Assembly: GCA_046050355.1 (NCBI GenBank)
Contig: JBJOPW010000014.1
Span: 1 to 32,145 of the forward strand
Direction of reading: 5' to 3'
Length of the DNA: 32,145 nt
DNA from: Candidatus Parcubacteria bacterium
GTDB taxonomy: Bacteria > Patescibacteriota > Minisyncoccia > Phycocordibacterales > UBA918
Both the position numbers and the translations under genes were made by a program. Positions 1 through 8,287 of the stretch are shown here, one piece after another. Numbering within the stretch: position 1 is the stretch's first letter; every line of letters starts with the position of its first letter. The notes below the pieces were generated by a model, which saw only the letters and a list, made by a program, of their open reading frames with translations, made no database searches and had not been told where the DNA came from.

Positions 1-206
1 TGATAGGACTTTTCACCATGCTCCAGATATTCTCTGGAGTTTAGGCTACTTCTAAATATTCGATTCTACGAGAACAATAATAGCAGATTTTACTGCCTAT
101 TTCACTCTATCGCATGTTCGTTGCTTTGCTAAGGCTTAAAAGCGAGTATGTGACGTTTTTCTTAGTCTGCATAGCTATGCACCTCGTGCAGGTCTGTCAT
201 TAATTA

Positions 207-1547
207 ATGATGGAAACACAAGTGATGAACAATTTCGGAGTTAAAACCGACGTACCAAAAGTACCAGTTAAGTATCTACTATATGCTAGGAAATCTACCG
301 AGTCTGATGAAAAACAAGCACTTTCAATTGATTCGCAAGTTAAGGAGATGTTAGCTATTGCTGAACGTGAACAACTGGATATTGTTGAAATCAGACGTGA
401 GTCACATTCTGCAAAAGATTCAGGTCAACGACCTGTCTTTAAAGAAATACTTGAAGATATTAGGCGAGAACGTTTCAATGGAATTATCGTGTGGCATCCA
501 GACAGACTGAGCAGGAATGCAGGCGATCTAGGTTCACTCGTCGATCTTATGGATCAGCATTTATTAAGAGAAATCCGTACTTATGGTCAAACATTTACAA
601 ACACGCCAAGTGAAAAGTTTCTTCTGATGATTCTGTGTTCTCAAGCAAAACTTGAGAATGACAATAAAAGTATCAATGTGAAGCGGGGACTGAAAACAAG
701 GGTTGAAATGGGATTATGGCCAGCACCAGCGCCAACTGGCTACCTCAAAGAAAAACGCATGGATCGAAAGTGCGAGACGTATATCGACCCTGAACGTGGA
801 CATGTTATAAAACAGATGTTTGAGAAAGTAGCCTACGAGAAATGGTCAGGGAGAAAGGTCTATCACTGGCTTAAATTCGATATTAATTTCAAAGCCCTAC
901 CGAGCAAGAAACCACTCAGTCTCGGCAACATATACAAGTTATTGGAAAATCCATTTTACTACGGAGTATTTGAGTACCCGAAGAAATCTGGTAATTGGTA
1001 TAACGGCAAACATCCACCACTGATTGCTAAAGAGCTATTTGACCAGGTGCAGACACAGCTTAAAGGTAATGAGTTAAAAACCAGACAAGAAAAAGAATTT
1101 GCTTTTACTAAGCTCATGACATGCGGACTCTGTGGATCCGGTATCAGTGCTGATGAAAAATACAAAAAACTCAAGGATGGAAGCATTAAAGCCCATATCT
1201 ACTATGGGTGTACCAAAGCGAGAGACAAAAACTGCAAGTGTGGGTATATAGCCGAGACGGACTTAGTTAAACAATTACAAACTCTAATTGACGGAGTGCA
1301 AATTAATGAAACTTCTGTACAGAAGAAGATTGTTTCAGAAGTGACTAGATATAAAAAATTTGAACTATCTCTACTGGGTCAAGATTTAAATTTCGAGATT
1401 GGTGACATTGATATTAAGAGGTATATTAAGTTTTTGCTAAAAGAAGGGTCGGTGGAGGAGAAGCGTGAAATCATGACCTGTTTTCAGTCACAGATTATTT
1501 TAAGTCAAAAGAGGCTGGAGCTTAGTACCGAAATCTCTCACCGTTAA
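207..1547 (+). CDS. Large serine recombinase (resolvase + recombinase + zinc-ribbon domains)
   Basis: YARKST catalytic Ser motif, SAKDSGQRP, DRLSRN, APTGY, NPFYYG, GKHPPLI, and CGLCG...YYGC...C zinc ribbon. Exact start uncertain. Confidence 0.92.
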   Translation: MMETQVMNNFGVKTDVPKVPVKYLLYARKSTESDEKQALSIDSQVKEMLAIAEREQLDIVEIRRESHSAKDSGQRPVFKEILEDIRRERFNGIIVWHPDRLSRNAGDLGSLVDLMDQHLLREIRTYGQTFTNTPSEKFLLMILCSQAKLENDNKSINVKRGLKTRVEMGLWPAPAPTGYLKEKRMDRKCETYIDPERGHVIKQMFEKVAYEKWSGRKVYHWLKFDINFKALPSKKPLSLGNIYKLLENPFYYGVFEYPKKSGNWYNGKHPPLIAKELFDQVQTQLKGNELKTRQEKEFAFTKLMTCGLCGSGISADEKYKKLKDGSIKAHIYYGCTKARDKNCKCGYIAETDLVKQLQTLIDGVQINETSVQKKIVSEVTRYKKFELSLLGQDLNFEIGDIDIKRYIKFLLKEGSVEEKREIMTCFQSQIILSQKRLELSTEISHR

Positions 1548-1563
1548 ATAATGTCACTAATAG

Positions 1564-1602
1564 TTGCGTACTTTAAAGTCATGTAATATAATAAGTTACA
1601 TG
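1564..1602 (+). promoter_or_regulatory. sigma70-type promoter with overlapping Rrf2-type operator
   Basis: TTGCGT(1564-1569)-N17-TATAAT(1587-1592). Inverted repeat CATGTAA-N9-TTACATG (1580-1602) spans the -10 box and the ATG at 1600. Confidence 0.75.
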
Positions 1603-2229
1603 ATAAACAATGTAGGCAATAATTCCGAACATCACCATGGCGATTATTCGCAAAACGTCTTTGATAACCCAGAGATGTTTATTGAGAAATTTGATGGAGC
1701 AGAACGAGATGGATGGCAAAAACCAGATGAGGTTATCAAATCTTTTAATCTTCGTGACGATGCTGTCGTAGTCGATATAGGTGCAGGTACGGGATACTTC
1801 ACTGTCCGATTGGCTGAACAGGTAAGGAACGGCAAAGTTATCTGTTTTGAACAAGCACCTAAAATGGCAGAGTACCTTAAAGACCGAGTGATTGGATTAG
1901 GACTTGCCAATGTAGATGTACAGACGACTGAGCTAGACGGTAGTTTTAAGTTAGAAGAACAAGCTGATCTTATATTCTCAGTGGATGTTTACCACCACCT
2001 TAAAGATCGTATTGTCTACTTCACCAAAGTTTTAGAATCCCTTAAACCAGAAGGTCAGCTTGTGGTGATTGATAGGACGGAAGAAAAAATTGAAGGTCAG
2101 CCTATGGGACATCGGGTGTCTCCCGATAAAGTGAAGGAAGAAATGAAGGAAGTCGGGTTTGAGCTGATCGAGGAATTAGATTTTTTGCTACCCATTCAAT
2201 ATTATCTGGCATTCAAACGCACTGTATAA
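1600..2229 (+). CDS. Class I SAM-dependent methyltransferase
   Basis: VVDIGAGTGYF motif I, DVYHHL, LKPEGQLVVID. Start moved to ATG 1600 because the TTG at 1564 is the -35 box. Confidence 0.9.
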   Translation: MINNVGNNSEHHHGDYSQNVFDNPEMFIEKFDGAERDGWQKPDEVIKSFNLRDDAVVVDIGAGTGYFTVRLAEQVRNGKVICFEQAPKMAEYLKDRVIGLGLANVDVQTTELDGSFKLEEQADLIFSVDVYHHLKDRIVYFTKVLESLKPEGQLVVIDRTEEKIEGQPMGHRVSPDKVKEEMKEVGFELIEELDFLLPIQYYLAFKRTV

Positions 2230-2235
2230 GCATCT

Positions 2236-2673
2236 ATGAAAAAGAGTACTAAATTTTCAGATGTACTACACATTCTTCTCCATATGGCTGGGTCACAGGA
2301 ACCAACAACATCCGAGGACTTAGCAAAAGCAATGCAAACTAATCCCGTGGTAGTTCGCAGGACAATGGCTGGACTGCGCGAACAGGGCTTTGTGCAGTCT
2401 GAGAAAGGGCACGGGGGTGGATGGTCATTGTCTTGTGACCTTAAGAAAGTAACTCTTCTTGATATATACAAAGCAGTGGAATCACCAGCACTATTGGCAA
2501 TAACTAATCGTAATGAAGGTACAGAGTGTCAGATAGAAAAAGCTGTTAATACTGCTACAAGAGAAGCTTTTGACGAAGCGGAAGCATTATTGATAAAGAA
2601 GTTTTATGATGTCACTTTGGCAAAACTCCTTGACATGATTAAGAAAGATTCTCACAAGCACAGTCACGTCTAA
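2236..2673 (+). CDS. Rrf2 family transcriptional regulator (non-Fe-S, YwnA/SifR-like)
   Basis: TSEDLA...TNPVVVRR...GHGGGW..VTLLDIYKAV. Lacks the three-Cys cluster motif of IscR/NsrR. Confidence 0.9.
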   Translation: MKKSTKFSDVLHILLHMAGSQEPTTSEDLAKAMQTNPVVVRRTMAGLREQGFVQSEKGHGGGWSLSCDLKKVTLLDIYKAVESPALLAITNRNEGTECQIEKAVNTATREAFDEAEALLIKKFYDVTLAKLLDMIKKDSHKHSHV

Positions 2674-2713
2674 GAGACATTGAGAGAATTTTCTATGTTA
2701 AAATAAAATTATT

Positions 2714-3037
2714 ATGAACTTGAAACAAATTTATTTTGGCGCATTTGTTATTGGTACCGCTGTCCCTACTTATTTTGCAGTTTCGTTTATGATCCATGAT
2801 GGAGCACTAAATGTACTTGGTTTCATTCGAGATTTGTTTGCCAACTATGCATCAAGTACCTTTTCATCCGACCTACTCATTGCTTCTTTTGTCTTCTGGA
2901 TATTTCTGTGGCATGATGCTAAAGATCGGGAAGTTCCAAGTATTGGATGATTTATGCTATTGAATTTTTGTGTCGGTCTAAGTTCCGCATTACCACTTTA
3001 TTTGTATTTTAGAGAAAAAATAAGTAACATATTATGA
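2714..3037 (+). pseudogene. DUF2834-like membrane protein interrupted by an in-frame TGA at 2948-2950
   Basis: The frame continues past the TGA as FMLLNFCVGLSSALPLYLYFREKISNIL, a family-typical VG.S.ALPLYLY.RE tail, and ends at TGA 3035-3037 overlapping the next ATG. Confidence 0.75.
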
Positions 3038-3219
3038 AAACATTGAAATGCGATTTGTGCGACGTGACAGCAGATGGTGAAACATTTGAAGACTGGATGC
3101 AGGCACTCATGCCACACTACATGCAAGCTCATGCTGATGTAATGAATGATCCAAATAAAACTAAAGAAGACCAGCAAAAATGGATGGTGGAAAACAAGGT
3201 ACGATTTGACGCGGTATAG
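3034..3219 (+). CDS. Small Cys/His protein (DUF1059-like)
   Basis: MKTLKCxxC...H...H pattern; ATGA overlap with the upstream frame. Confidence 0.6.
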   Translation: MKTLKCDLCDVTADGETFEDWMQALMPHYMQAHADVMNDPNKTKEDQQKWMVENKVRFDAV

Positions 3220-3236
3220 AGCACACCTGCGAAAGT

Positions 3237-3271
3237 ACAAAACAAAACACCCTTTGGGTGTTTTGTTTTGT
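3237..3271. terminator. Bidirectional intrinsic terminator
   Basis: Perfect 16-bp inverted repeat ACAAAACAAAACACCC-ttt-GGGTGTTTTGTTTTGT between the converging island operon and tRNA. Confidence 0.85.
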
Positions 3272-3305
3272 CACAGCTATACTAGCGTCTCGTGCTAGCA
3301 CGACT

Positions 3306-3396
3306 TGGCGGAGAGTGAGGGATTCGAACCCTCGAGGGGTGTGAACCCCTGCCACGTTAGCAGTGTGGTGCCTTCGGCCAGCTCAGCCAACTCTCC
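3306..3396 (-). tRNA. tRNA-Ser(GCT)
   Basis: GGAGAGT...anticodon loop CT-GCT-AA, long variable arm AGGGG-TTCACA-CCCCT, GAGGG-TTCGAAT-CCCTC T arm, encoded CCA. Confidence 0.96.
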
Positions 3397-3474
3397 AAAA
3401 TTTGTGTAGTGAGCATACCAGAAAAGTACCGTTTTCCAAAATTATGCTAGGATAACAACTATATTTACCTATAC

Positions 3475-4773
3475 ATGAACCACCAAACTACTTTTTATCA
3501 CGTGCTCGCAAACAACCTCCTCGCCGGTATCACCAATAACCTTGTCTGGTTTGCGCTTACCTTCTGGGTCTATATCGAAACCGAATCAGTACTCGCCACC
3601 TCGTGGATAGCGGGGACCTTTGCTGTTGCGGGCATGTTTGGTGGTTTTGTTTTTGGACCAATTGTCGATCGTGAACGCAAAAAGACCGCGCTTGTGCAAT
3701 CAAGTCTCATGTCGCTTGTTGCCTACTGTATTGGTGCCGCTATTTACTTCACCCATCCAGAGACCACCTGGCAAGAACCCTTCTCCCCGATGCTCTGGAT
3801 ACTGATTTTCGTCCTTATGCTTGGCGTGGTGGCGAACAACCTCCGCATGATTGCCCAGTCGACTATTGTCACCATGCTCTTTGCCGAGAATCGCGATAAA
3901 GCCAACGGGCTCGTTGGCGCCTCGATGGGACTCTCGTTTGCAGTGACCTCAGTATTTAGTGGACTTATCATCGGTTTCTTTGGGATGGGTACGGCAATTA
4001 TAGTAGCAATAAGCGCTACTCTACTAGCCCTCCTGCACCTCGCGTTTATCTCACTGCCCGAAAAAGAAATTGTCCACCTCGAAGAAAAACCCAAACGTAT
4101 CGATATCAAAGGCTCCTACTTCCTCGCCGCCGCCATCCCGGGACTCATCGGTATCATTATCTTTAATACGTTTAACAACTTCCTCGGGGGTGTGTTTATG
4201 GCCTTGATGGATGCCTACGGACTTTCCCTTGTCTCGGTCGAGGCGTGGGGCATTATGTGGGGACTGGTGAGTCTTGCGAGTATTGGTGGGAGTATCTATG
4301 TCAGTCAGCGTGGGGTTGGGGCTCGTCCAATGCGACTCATTATGATACTCAATATGGTGATGTGGGGTGTTTGTCTCATCTTCCCGCTGCAGGCGTCAGT
4401 GCCCCTCCTCGTCGTCGGCATGCTCACCTGGATGCTGTTCTTCCCGGTGATTGAAGCAGCGGAACAAACGGTCATGCAGGCAGTAGTACCATTTGAACAA
4501 CAGGGACGGGTGTTTGGCTTTGCTCAGAGTATTGAAAGTATGGCTACCCCGATCACCACCTTCCTTATCGGACCAATTGCTGCGTTTATCTTTATTCCGT
4601 TTATGACGACCGGTGCTGGTGTTGACCTTATTGGCGACTGGTTCGGTACCGGTGCCAACCGCGGTATGGCGCTCGTTTTTATCCTCGCTGGCCTCCTCGG
4701 TATGATTGCCACCCTGATTGCGTGGGGCTCTCACTCGTACCGATTGTTAAGTCAACATTACGCGGTGCGGTAA
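3475..4773 (+). CDS. MFS transporter (DHA3/macrolide-efflux-like)
   Basis: About 12 hydrophobic segments; GPIVDRERKK motif A-like; VPFEQQGRVFG. Confidence 0.9.
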   Translation: MNHQTTFYHVLANNLLAGITNNLVWFALTFWVYIETESVLATSWIAGTFAVAGMFGGFVFGPIVDRERKKTALVQSSLMSLVAYCIGAAIYFTHPETTWQEPFSPMLWILIFVLMLGVVANNLRMIAQSTIVTMLFAENRDKANGLVGASMGLSFAVTSVFSGLIIGFFGMGTAIIVAISATLLALLHLAFISLPEKEIVHLEEKPKRIDIKGSYFLAAAIPGLIGIIIFNTFNNFLGGVFMALMDAYGLSLVSVEAWGIMWGLVSLASIGGSIYVSQRGVGARPMRLIMILNMVMWGVCLIFPLQASVPLLVVGMLTWMLFFPVIEAAEQTVMQAVVPFEQQGRVFGFAQSIESMATPITTFLIGPIAAFIFIPFMTTGAGVDLIGDWFGTGANRGMALVFILAGLLGMIATLIAWGSHSYRLLSQHYAVR

Positions 4774-4814
4774 AACCAAAAACCACTTCCCGCCGGGAAG
4801 TGGTTTTTGGTTTT
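4772..4814. terminator. Bidirectional intrinsic terminator
   Basis: 20-bp perfect inverted repeat with a gcc loop between convergent genes. Confidence 0.88.
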
Positions 4815-4824
4815 GGATTGAATT

Positions 4825-6075
4825 TTATTTAATCACACTCGCGACCGCTTTCACCAATCCTGGTGTCATCACTGGCGGAATCACCATCTCAGCCGTCGGC
4901 TGCTTTACCAGGCTCGCTATCTTCTTCGCGGCGGCGAGCTTCATTTCATCGGTAATCTTTGTCACACCACGATCAAGGGCGCCACGGAAAATACCGGGGA
5001 ACGCGAGGGAGTTATTCACCTGGTTAGGGTAGTCGCTCCGACCGGTAGCGACCACGTAGGCTCCAGCGCGCTTGGCATCGTCTGGCATGATTTCTGGAAT
5101 CGGATTGGCGAGCGCAAAGACAATTGGCTTTTCGGCCATCTTCTCAATATGGGCTGGTGCAATGGTGCCCGGACCTGAGAGTCCAATGAGCACATCAGCG
5201 CCCGCGACCACACTTTGCACATCACCCTGGAGGCGGTCAGTGTTAGTGGTGAGAGCAAGATCCTTTTTGTACCCAGTAAGGTCCGCGCGTCCTGCATAAA
5301 TAGCCCCTTTACTATCGGTCACAATGATGTGACTGATACCGGCTTTCTTAAGAAGCAGTGTCACTGCGCGCCCTGCGGCACCAGCGCCGACCACGACTAC
5401 CTTCAGATCTTCAAACTTCTTCCCCACCACCTTTGCCGCATTAAGCAGTCCCGCGAGGACTACAATTGCCGTCCCGTGCTGATCATCGTGCATGACCGGA
5501 ATCGAGAGCTCAGCCTTGAGGCGCTCTTCAATCACAAAACAGTGTGGCGCAGCGAAGTCTTCGAGGTTAATCCCGCCAAAGGTCGGCGCAATGGCTTTGA
5601 TGACCTTAATGACTTCCTCTGGGTCCTGCGTATCAAGCACAATTGGGAAGGCGTCGACACCGGCCATCGCTTTGAATATCGCACACTTCCCCTCCATCAC
5701 GGGCAAGGCTGGCACCGCACCGAGGTTTCCGAGACCGAGGATAGCTGAGCCATCAGAGATGACCGCTACCGTATTCTTTTTGATGGTGTATTCGCGTGCT
5801 TCCTTTGGATGCTTGGCGAGGTACGTCGACACAGCACCCACACCAGGACTGTACATGGTACTCCAATCGTCGCGAGTTTCGAGCTTGCCTTTACTCACCA
5901 CCTCAAGCTTCCCTTTGAGTTTTTTGTGGAGGGCGAGCGCCAGCTTGGCGTAGTCTTTTTTCTTGGCCGGTTTTTTGGCAGCGGCTTTTTTGACCACCGG
6001 CTTTACCACCGATTTGGTGGCGGCTTTTTTTGGAGTCGCTTTTTTGGTAACAGGAACTGATTTCTTTGGTGCCAT
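4825..6075 (-). CDS. NAD(P)-dependent malic enzyme (short type, no PTA domain) with Lys/Ala/Pro-rich N-terminal tail
   Basis: YSPGV, VISDGSAILGLGNLG, PVMEGK, GGINLEDF, HDDQHGTAIV, GAGAAG, ALANPIPEI, ATGRSDYPNQVNN. Start placed at ATG 6075; the longer ORF runs through the promoter and repeat. Confidence 0.93.
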   Translation of the reverse strand: MAPKKSVPVTKKATPKKAATKSVVKPVVKKAAAKKPAKKKDYAKLALALHKKLKGKLEVVSKGKLETRDDWSTMYSPGVGAVSTYLAKHPKEAREYTIKKNTVAVISDGSAILGLGNLGAVPALPVMEGKCAIFKAMAGVDAFPIVLDTQDPEEVIKVIKAIAPTFGGINLEDFAAPHCFVIEERLKAELSIPVMHDDQHGTAIVVLAGLLNAAKVVGKKFEDLKVVVVGAGAAGRAVTLLLKKAGISHIIVTDSKGAIYAGRADLTGYKKDLALTTNTDRLQGDVQSVVAGADVLIGLSGPGTIAPAHIEKMAEKPIVFALANPIPEIMPDDAKRAGAYVVATGRSDYPNQVNNSLAFPGIFRGALDRGVTKITDEMKLAAAKKIASLVKQPTAEMVIPPVMTPGLVKAVASVIK

Positions 6076-6132
6076 ACAGAAATGAGTATTTAAAAAAATA
6101 ATGCTCCTAGTATAGCATTGACGGCGTGAGAT

Positions 6133-6244
6133 ACGAAAAAACCCGTCATGAGTCTCTCGGCTACTACAGTAGCGGTACTCATAACAGGTGTGTGGTTCCA
6201 AGCGGTAGCTTGGGGTGGCTCACCCCCTTGTGAGGGACGAGCCG
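6133..6244 (-). repeat. Structured 3'-UTR RNA motif, copy 1 (family A), ending in a terminator
   Basis: 98/112 nt identical to 9208-9319. Three hairpins followed by a U-tract on the minus strand. Confidence 0.88.
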
Positions 6245-6265
6245 GTTGATTGGGAGACGCCCAGG

Positions 6266-7033
6266 TCAGGACGCCGCGGCGGCGCGCTTCTCGTGGCCGG
6301 CGCCGGACGACTTGGTCTCGGCGATGGTCGAAGCGGGCGGAATGCCGATTCCGAAGGCGGACAGGCCGGTGGTCGAGATGTCGACGATGTTGCCGTCTTC
6401 GCCCAGGCGGCCGATGTGGCCCTTGGACACCCAGGTCTGGCCCGATTTCGTCGCTTCCACGGCCAGCACGATGTCCTTGGCGGAGTCCTCGGCAACGATG
6501 AAGACCATCTCCGCGAGAACCACCTTCGTGACATCGAGGAGCGTACCTTCGCCGACCTGCAGATGGTTGCTGAAGATCAGCTCTGCGCCATCACCCGTGC
6601 CGGTCATCTTGCCGAGGTATTCGCCACCGTTGGCCTGCATCAGCTTGATCGCGACGAGACGCGAGTCGATCTTCAGCGCCTTGCCGTTGTCGAGCATCAG
6701 GACGCCGCCCGAGCGGACGGCTTCGAAGTCGAGACCGTTGTCGCCCGACTGCAGTTCAGCCGTCGCAAAGACCATGTTGTCGTCGAGGTCGTAGGTGCCG
6801 AGACCGACGCTCAGGAGCGACGAGTCTTCGCCCGGCTGCATCGCGATGAAACGACCGGATTCGGCGCGGGCGATGAGGTAGTTGCCGACGATGTCGGCCG
6901 GCAGTTCGATCAGGTCGACCTTGATGGAAGCGATGGAATTGTCCAGCGTGTTGGCCGCCACGATCGTGGGAACCGACGACGCCAGGATCAAGGCCATGGT
7001 CGTGGCGACAGTGCGTTTCGAAGTGGTCTTCAT
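6266..7033 (-). CDS. Orphan GC-rich secreted protein (Sec-type signal peptide), cassette A
   Basis: 255 aa; MKTTSKR + hydrophobic stretch + VAA. SD GGGAG 7 nt before ATG. 60-68% GC in sampled lines with mostly G/C-ending codons. Confidence 0.8.
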   Translation of the reverse strand: MKTTSKRTVATTMALILASSVPTIVAANTLDNSIASIKVDLIELPADIVGNYLIARAESGRFIAMQPGEDSSLLSVGLGTYDLDDNMVFATAELQSGDNGLDFEAVRSGGVLMLDNGKALKIDSRLVAIKLMQANGGEYLGKMTGTGDGAELIFSNHLQVGEGTLLDVTKVVLAEMVFIVAEDSAKDIVLAVEATKSGQTWVSKGHIGRLGEDGNIVDISTTGLSAFGIGIPPASTIAETKSSGAGHEKRAAAAS

Positions 7034-7200
7034 TGGGTCTCTCCCGTTGGTTGCTTCAATGATCTTTCACACCTCATCCGTCCGAAGACGGCGGTGTCGT
7101 GCAGAACAAACATCAGTTTGCAGGCACAGGGCGACATTTAATCACATATCAAATACGAATACAAGTGACTTATACCAAACTGCCTATAACCAAATCTCAG

Positions 7201-7321
7201 ATACGAAAAAGGCCATACGAGGGTGCCCATTCGTCTGCCTATGCAGAGGGTACCTTGTATGGACTTGGGTGGAAGCAAATGCTTCCGGGTTGGGAGCGGT
7301 CGAGGGGACCGCTCCCAAACC
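7201..7321 (-). repeat. Structured 3'-UTR RNA motif, copy 3 (family B)
   Basis: Same architecture as family A with different sequence: GGGAGCGGTC/GACCGCTCCC hairpin, GGAAGC-N4-GCTTCC, long stem capped by TCTGC-N4-GCAGA, then TTTTTCGTAT. Confidence 0.75.
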
Positions 7322-7365
7322 TCATGTGCGCTTGGGATGATCACGCGATCTGGCTGACATCGCGG

Positions 7366-7560
7366 TCACGACAGCTTGATGTTGGTGAAGACGGCAGCGC
7401 CCGCGGCTTCCATGTCCAGGCCCAGCGAGGCGTCCTTGTCGGCCGTGATGTGCCCGGTGTCACCGATCTTCGTCTCGACCTTGCCACTCGAACCGCCGCG
7501 CGCCGCATCGACCATGGCATAGGTCCGTCCGCGCAGTGCGCGCATCGTGAGATTTTTCAT
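7366..7560 (-). CDS. Orphan GC-rich 64-aa protein, cassette B
   Basis: GGAGAGGTG just upstream of ATG 7560; promoter TTGCAG-N17-TATAAA; GC3-rich codons. Confidence 0.65.
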   Translation of the reverse strand: MKNLTMRALRGRTYAMVDAARGGSSGKVETKIGDTGHITADKDASLGLDMEAAGAAVFTNIKLS

Positions 7561-7837
7561 TTCACCTCTCCATCCGATTTCTATTGGGGGTACGCCCCGC
7601 AACCACCTCCCTGTATCCGGAGTGGTACTTACCTTTATACTCCGATTAATAAATCTCTGCAAGAAGACAGGGAGCGAGTATGGGTATATTAAAAATCAGC
7701 AAAACGTCTCAGTATTTAAAAAAAATTGGCATTGGAAAAGGCGCGGTGAAGATGTAGAGACATCAGCAGATTCGCGCCTTTACCGATGATAATCTTCGAC
7801 GGGTCGTACGACGCGTCGGTAGACGGTTCGGTGTCGT

Positions 7838-8086
7838 TTAGCAAGGAACCCTCCTGGGGTGTTGACGATAGTCGCGGGGCTGGAACAGTTCCAGTCCGCC
7901 ATCATCATGAAAACGAAGATACTCGTAGCGTCCATCGTCAAGCCGACGACAAACGAGCTGCAGTTCTTCTCGAGCGAACAGCTCGGACTCGTGCACATGC
8001 CAGTAACTGCAGGCTACAGCCAGCAACACCGCTTCGGACAACCGCAGAGGGGGTCCATGGTCGTGTAAAGAACGGAAGTCAAACAT
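7838..8086 (-). CDS. Orphan 82-aa protein, cassette C
   Basis: AAAGGAGG (8093-8100) 6 nt before ATG 8086; possible TTGGTG-N17-TACTAT promoter. Confidence 0.55.
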   Translation of the reverse strand: MFDFRSLHDHGPPLRLSEAVLLAVACSYWHVHESELFAREELQLVCRRLDDGRYEYLRFHDDGGLELFQPRDYRQHPRRVPC

Positions 8087-8190
8087 CTCGGGCCTCCTTT
8101 CTAGGCTCGGGTGGTGACGCATCATGCGGTACCTACTTTTATAGTACAGACAAATATTCCAAACACCAACACCATCGCTGGTTATAAAAC

Positions 8191-8267
8191 AAAAAACCCA
8201 GCCGTAAAGGCTGGTTGTCATACTTTATTCCGGAAGGCAGCGATGCTCGGCATCGCTGCCTTTCGGA
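8191..8267 (-). terminator. Strong 3' hairpin plus intrinsic terminator of cassette D
   Basis: 13-bp perfect stem AAGGCAGCGATGC/GCATCGCTGCCTT (8234-8262), then CCAGCC-N5-GGCTGG with a U-tract on the minus strand. Confidence 0.75.
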
Positions 8268-8287
8268 CACGATCAGATTTCCTTTGG

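Larger units (their letters stand above)
1..3271. mobile_element. AT-rich genomic island (left end outside window) adjoining the 3' end of tRNA-Ser
   Basis: Sampled line 541-600 is 19/60 GC versus 30/60 in line 3841-3900 of the MFS gene. Carries a large serine recombinase and accessory genes. Composition changes at the tRNA. No att duplication seen in the window. Confidence 0.65.

Noticed and set aside
1-206. Hairpin CTCCAGA/TCTGGAG (21-39) and possible minus-strand gene start MVKSPI at 19
   Set aside because: Truncated by the window edge; too little sequence to call.
2948-2950. TGA recoding (genetic code 4 or 25)
   Set aside because: TGA acts as a stop elsewhere (recG, xfp, and the ATGA overlap at 3034-3037), and no other gene shows internal TGA.
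6266-6290. C-terminal KRAAAAS as a ClpXP degron
   Set aside because: The protein appears secreted, the end is not AA-COOH, and other cassette termini do not share it.
7050-7125. Hammerhead ribozyme or riboswitch in the cassette A leader
   Set aside because: CTGATG is not followed by A and the stems do not fit the hammerhead core; no riboswitch consensus recognised.
6215-7141. 308-aa plus-strand ORF and other overlapping ORFs in the GC-rich cassettes
   Set aside because: Antisense shadows of GC3-rich genes. The SD, signal peptide, promoters and RNA strand asymmetry all support the minus strand.
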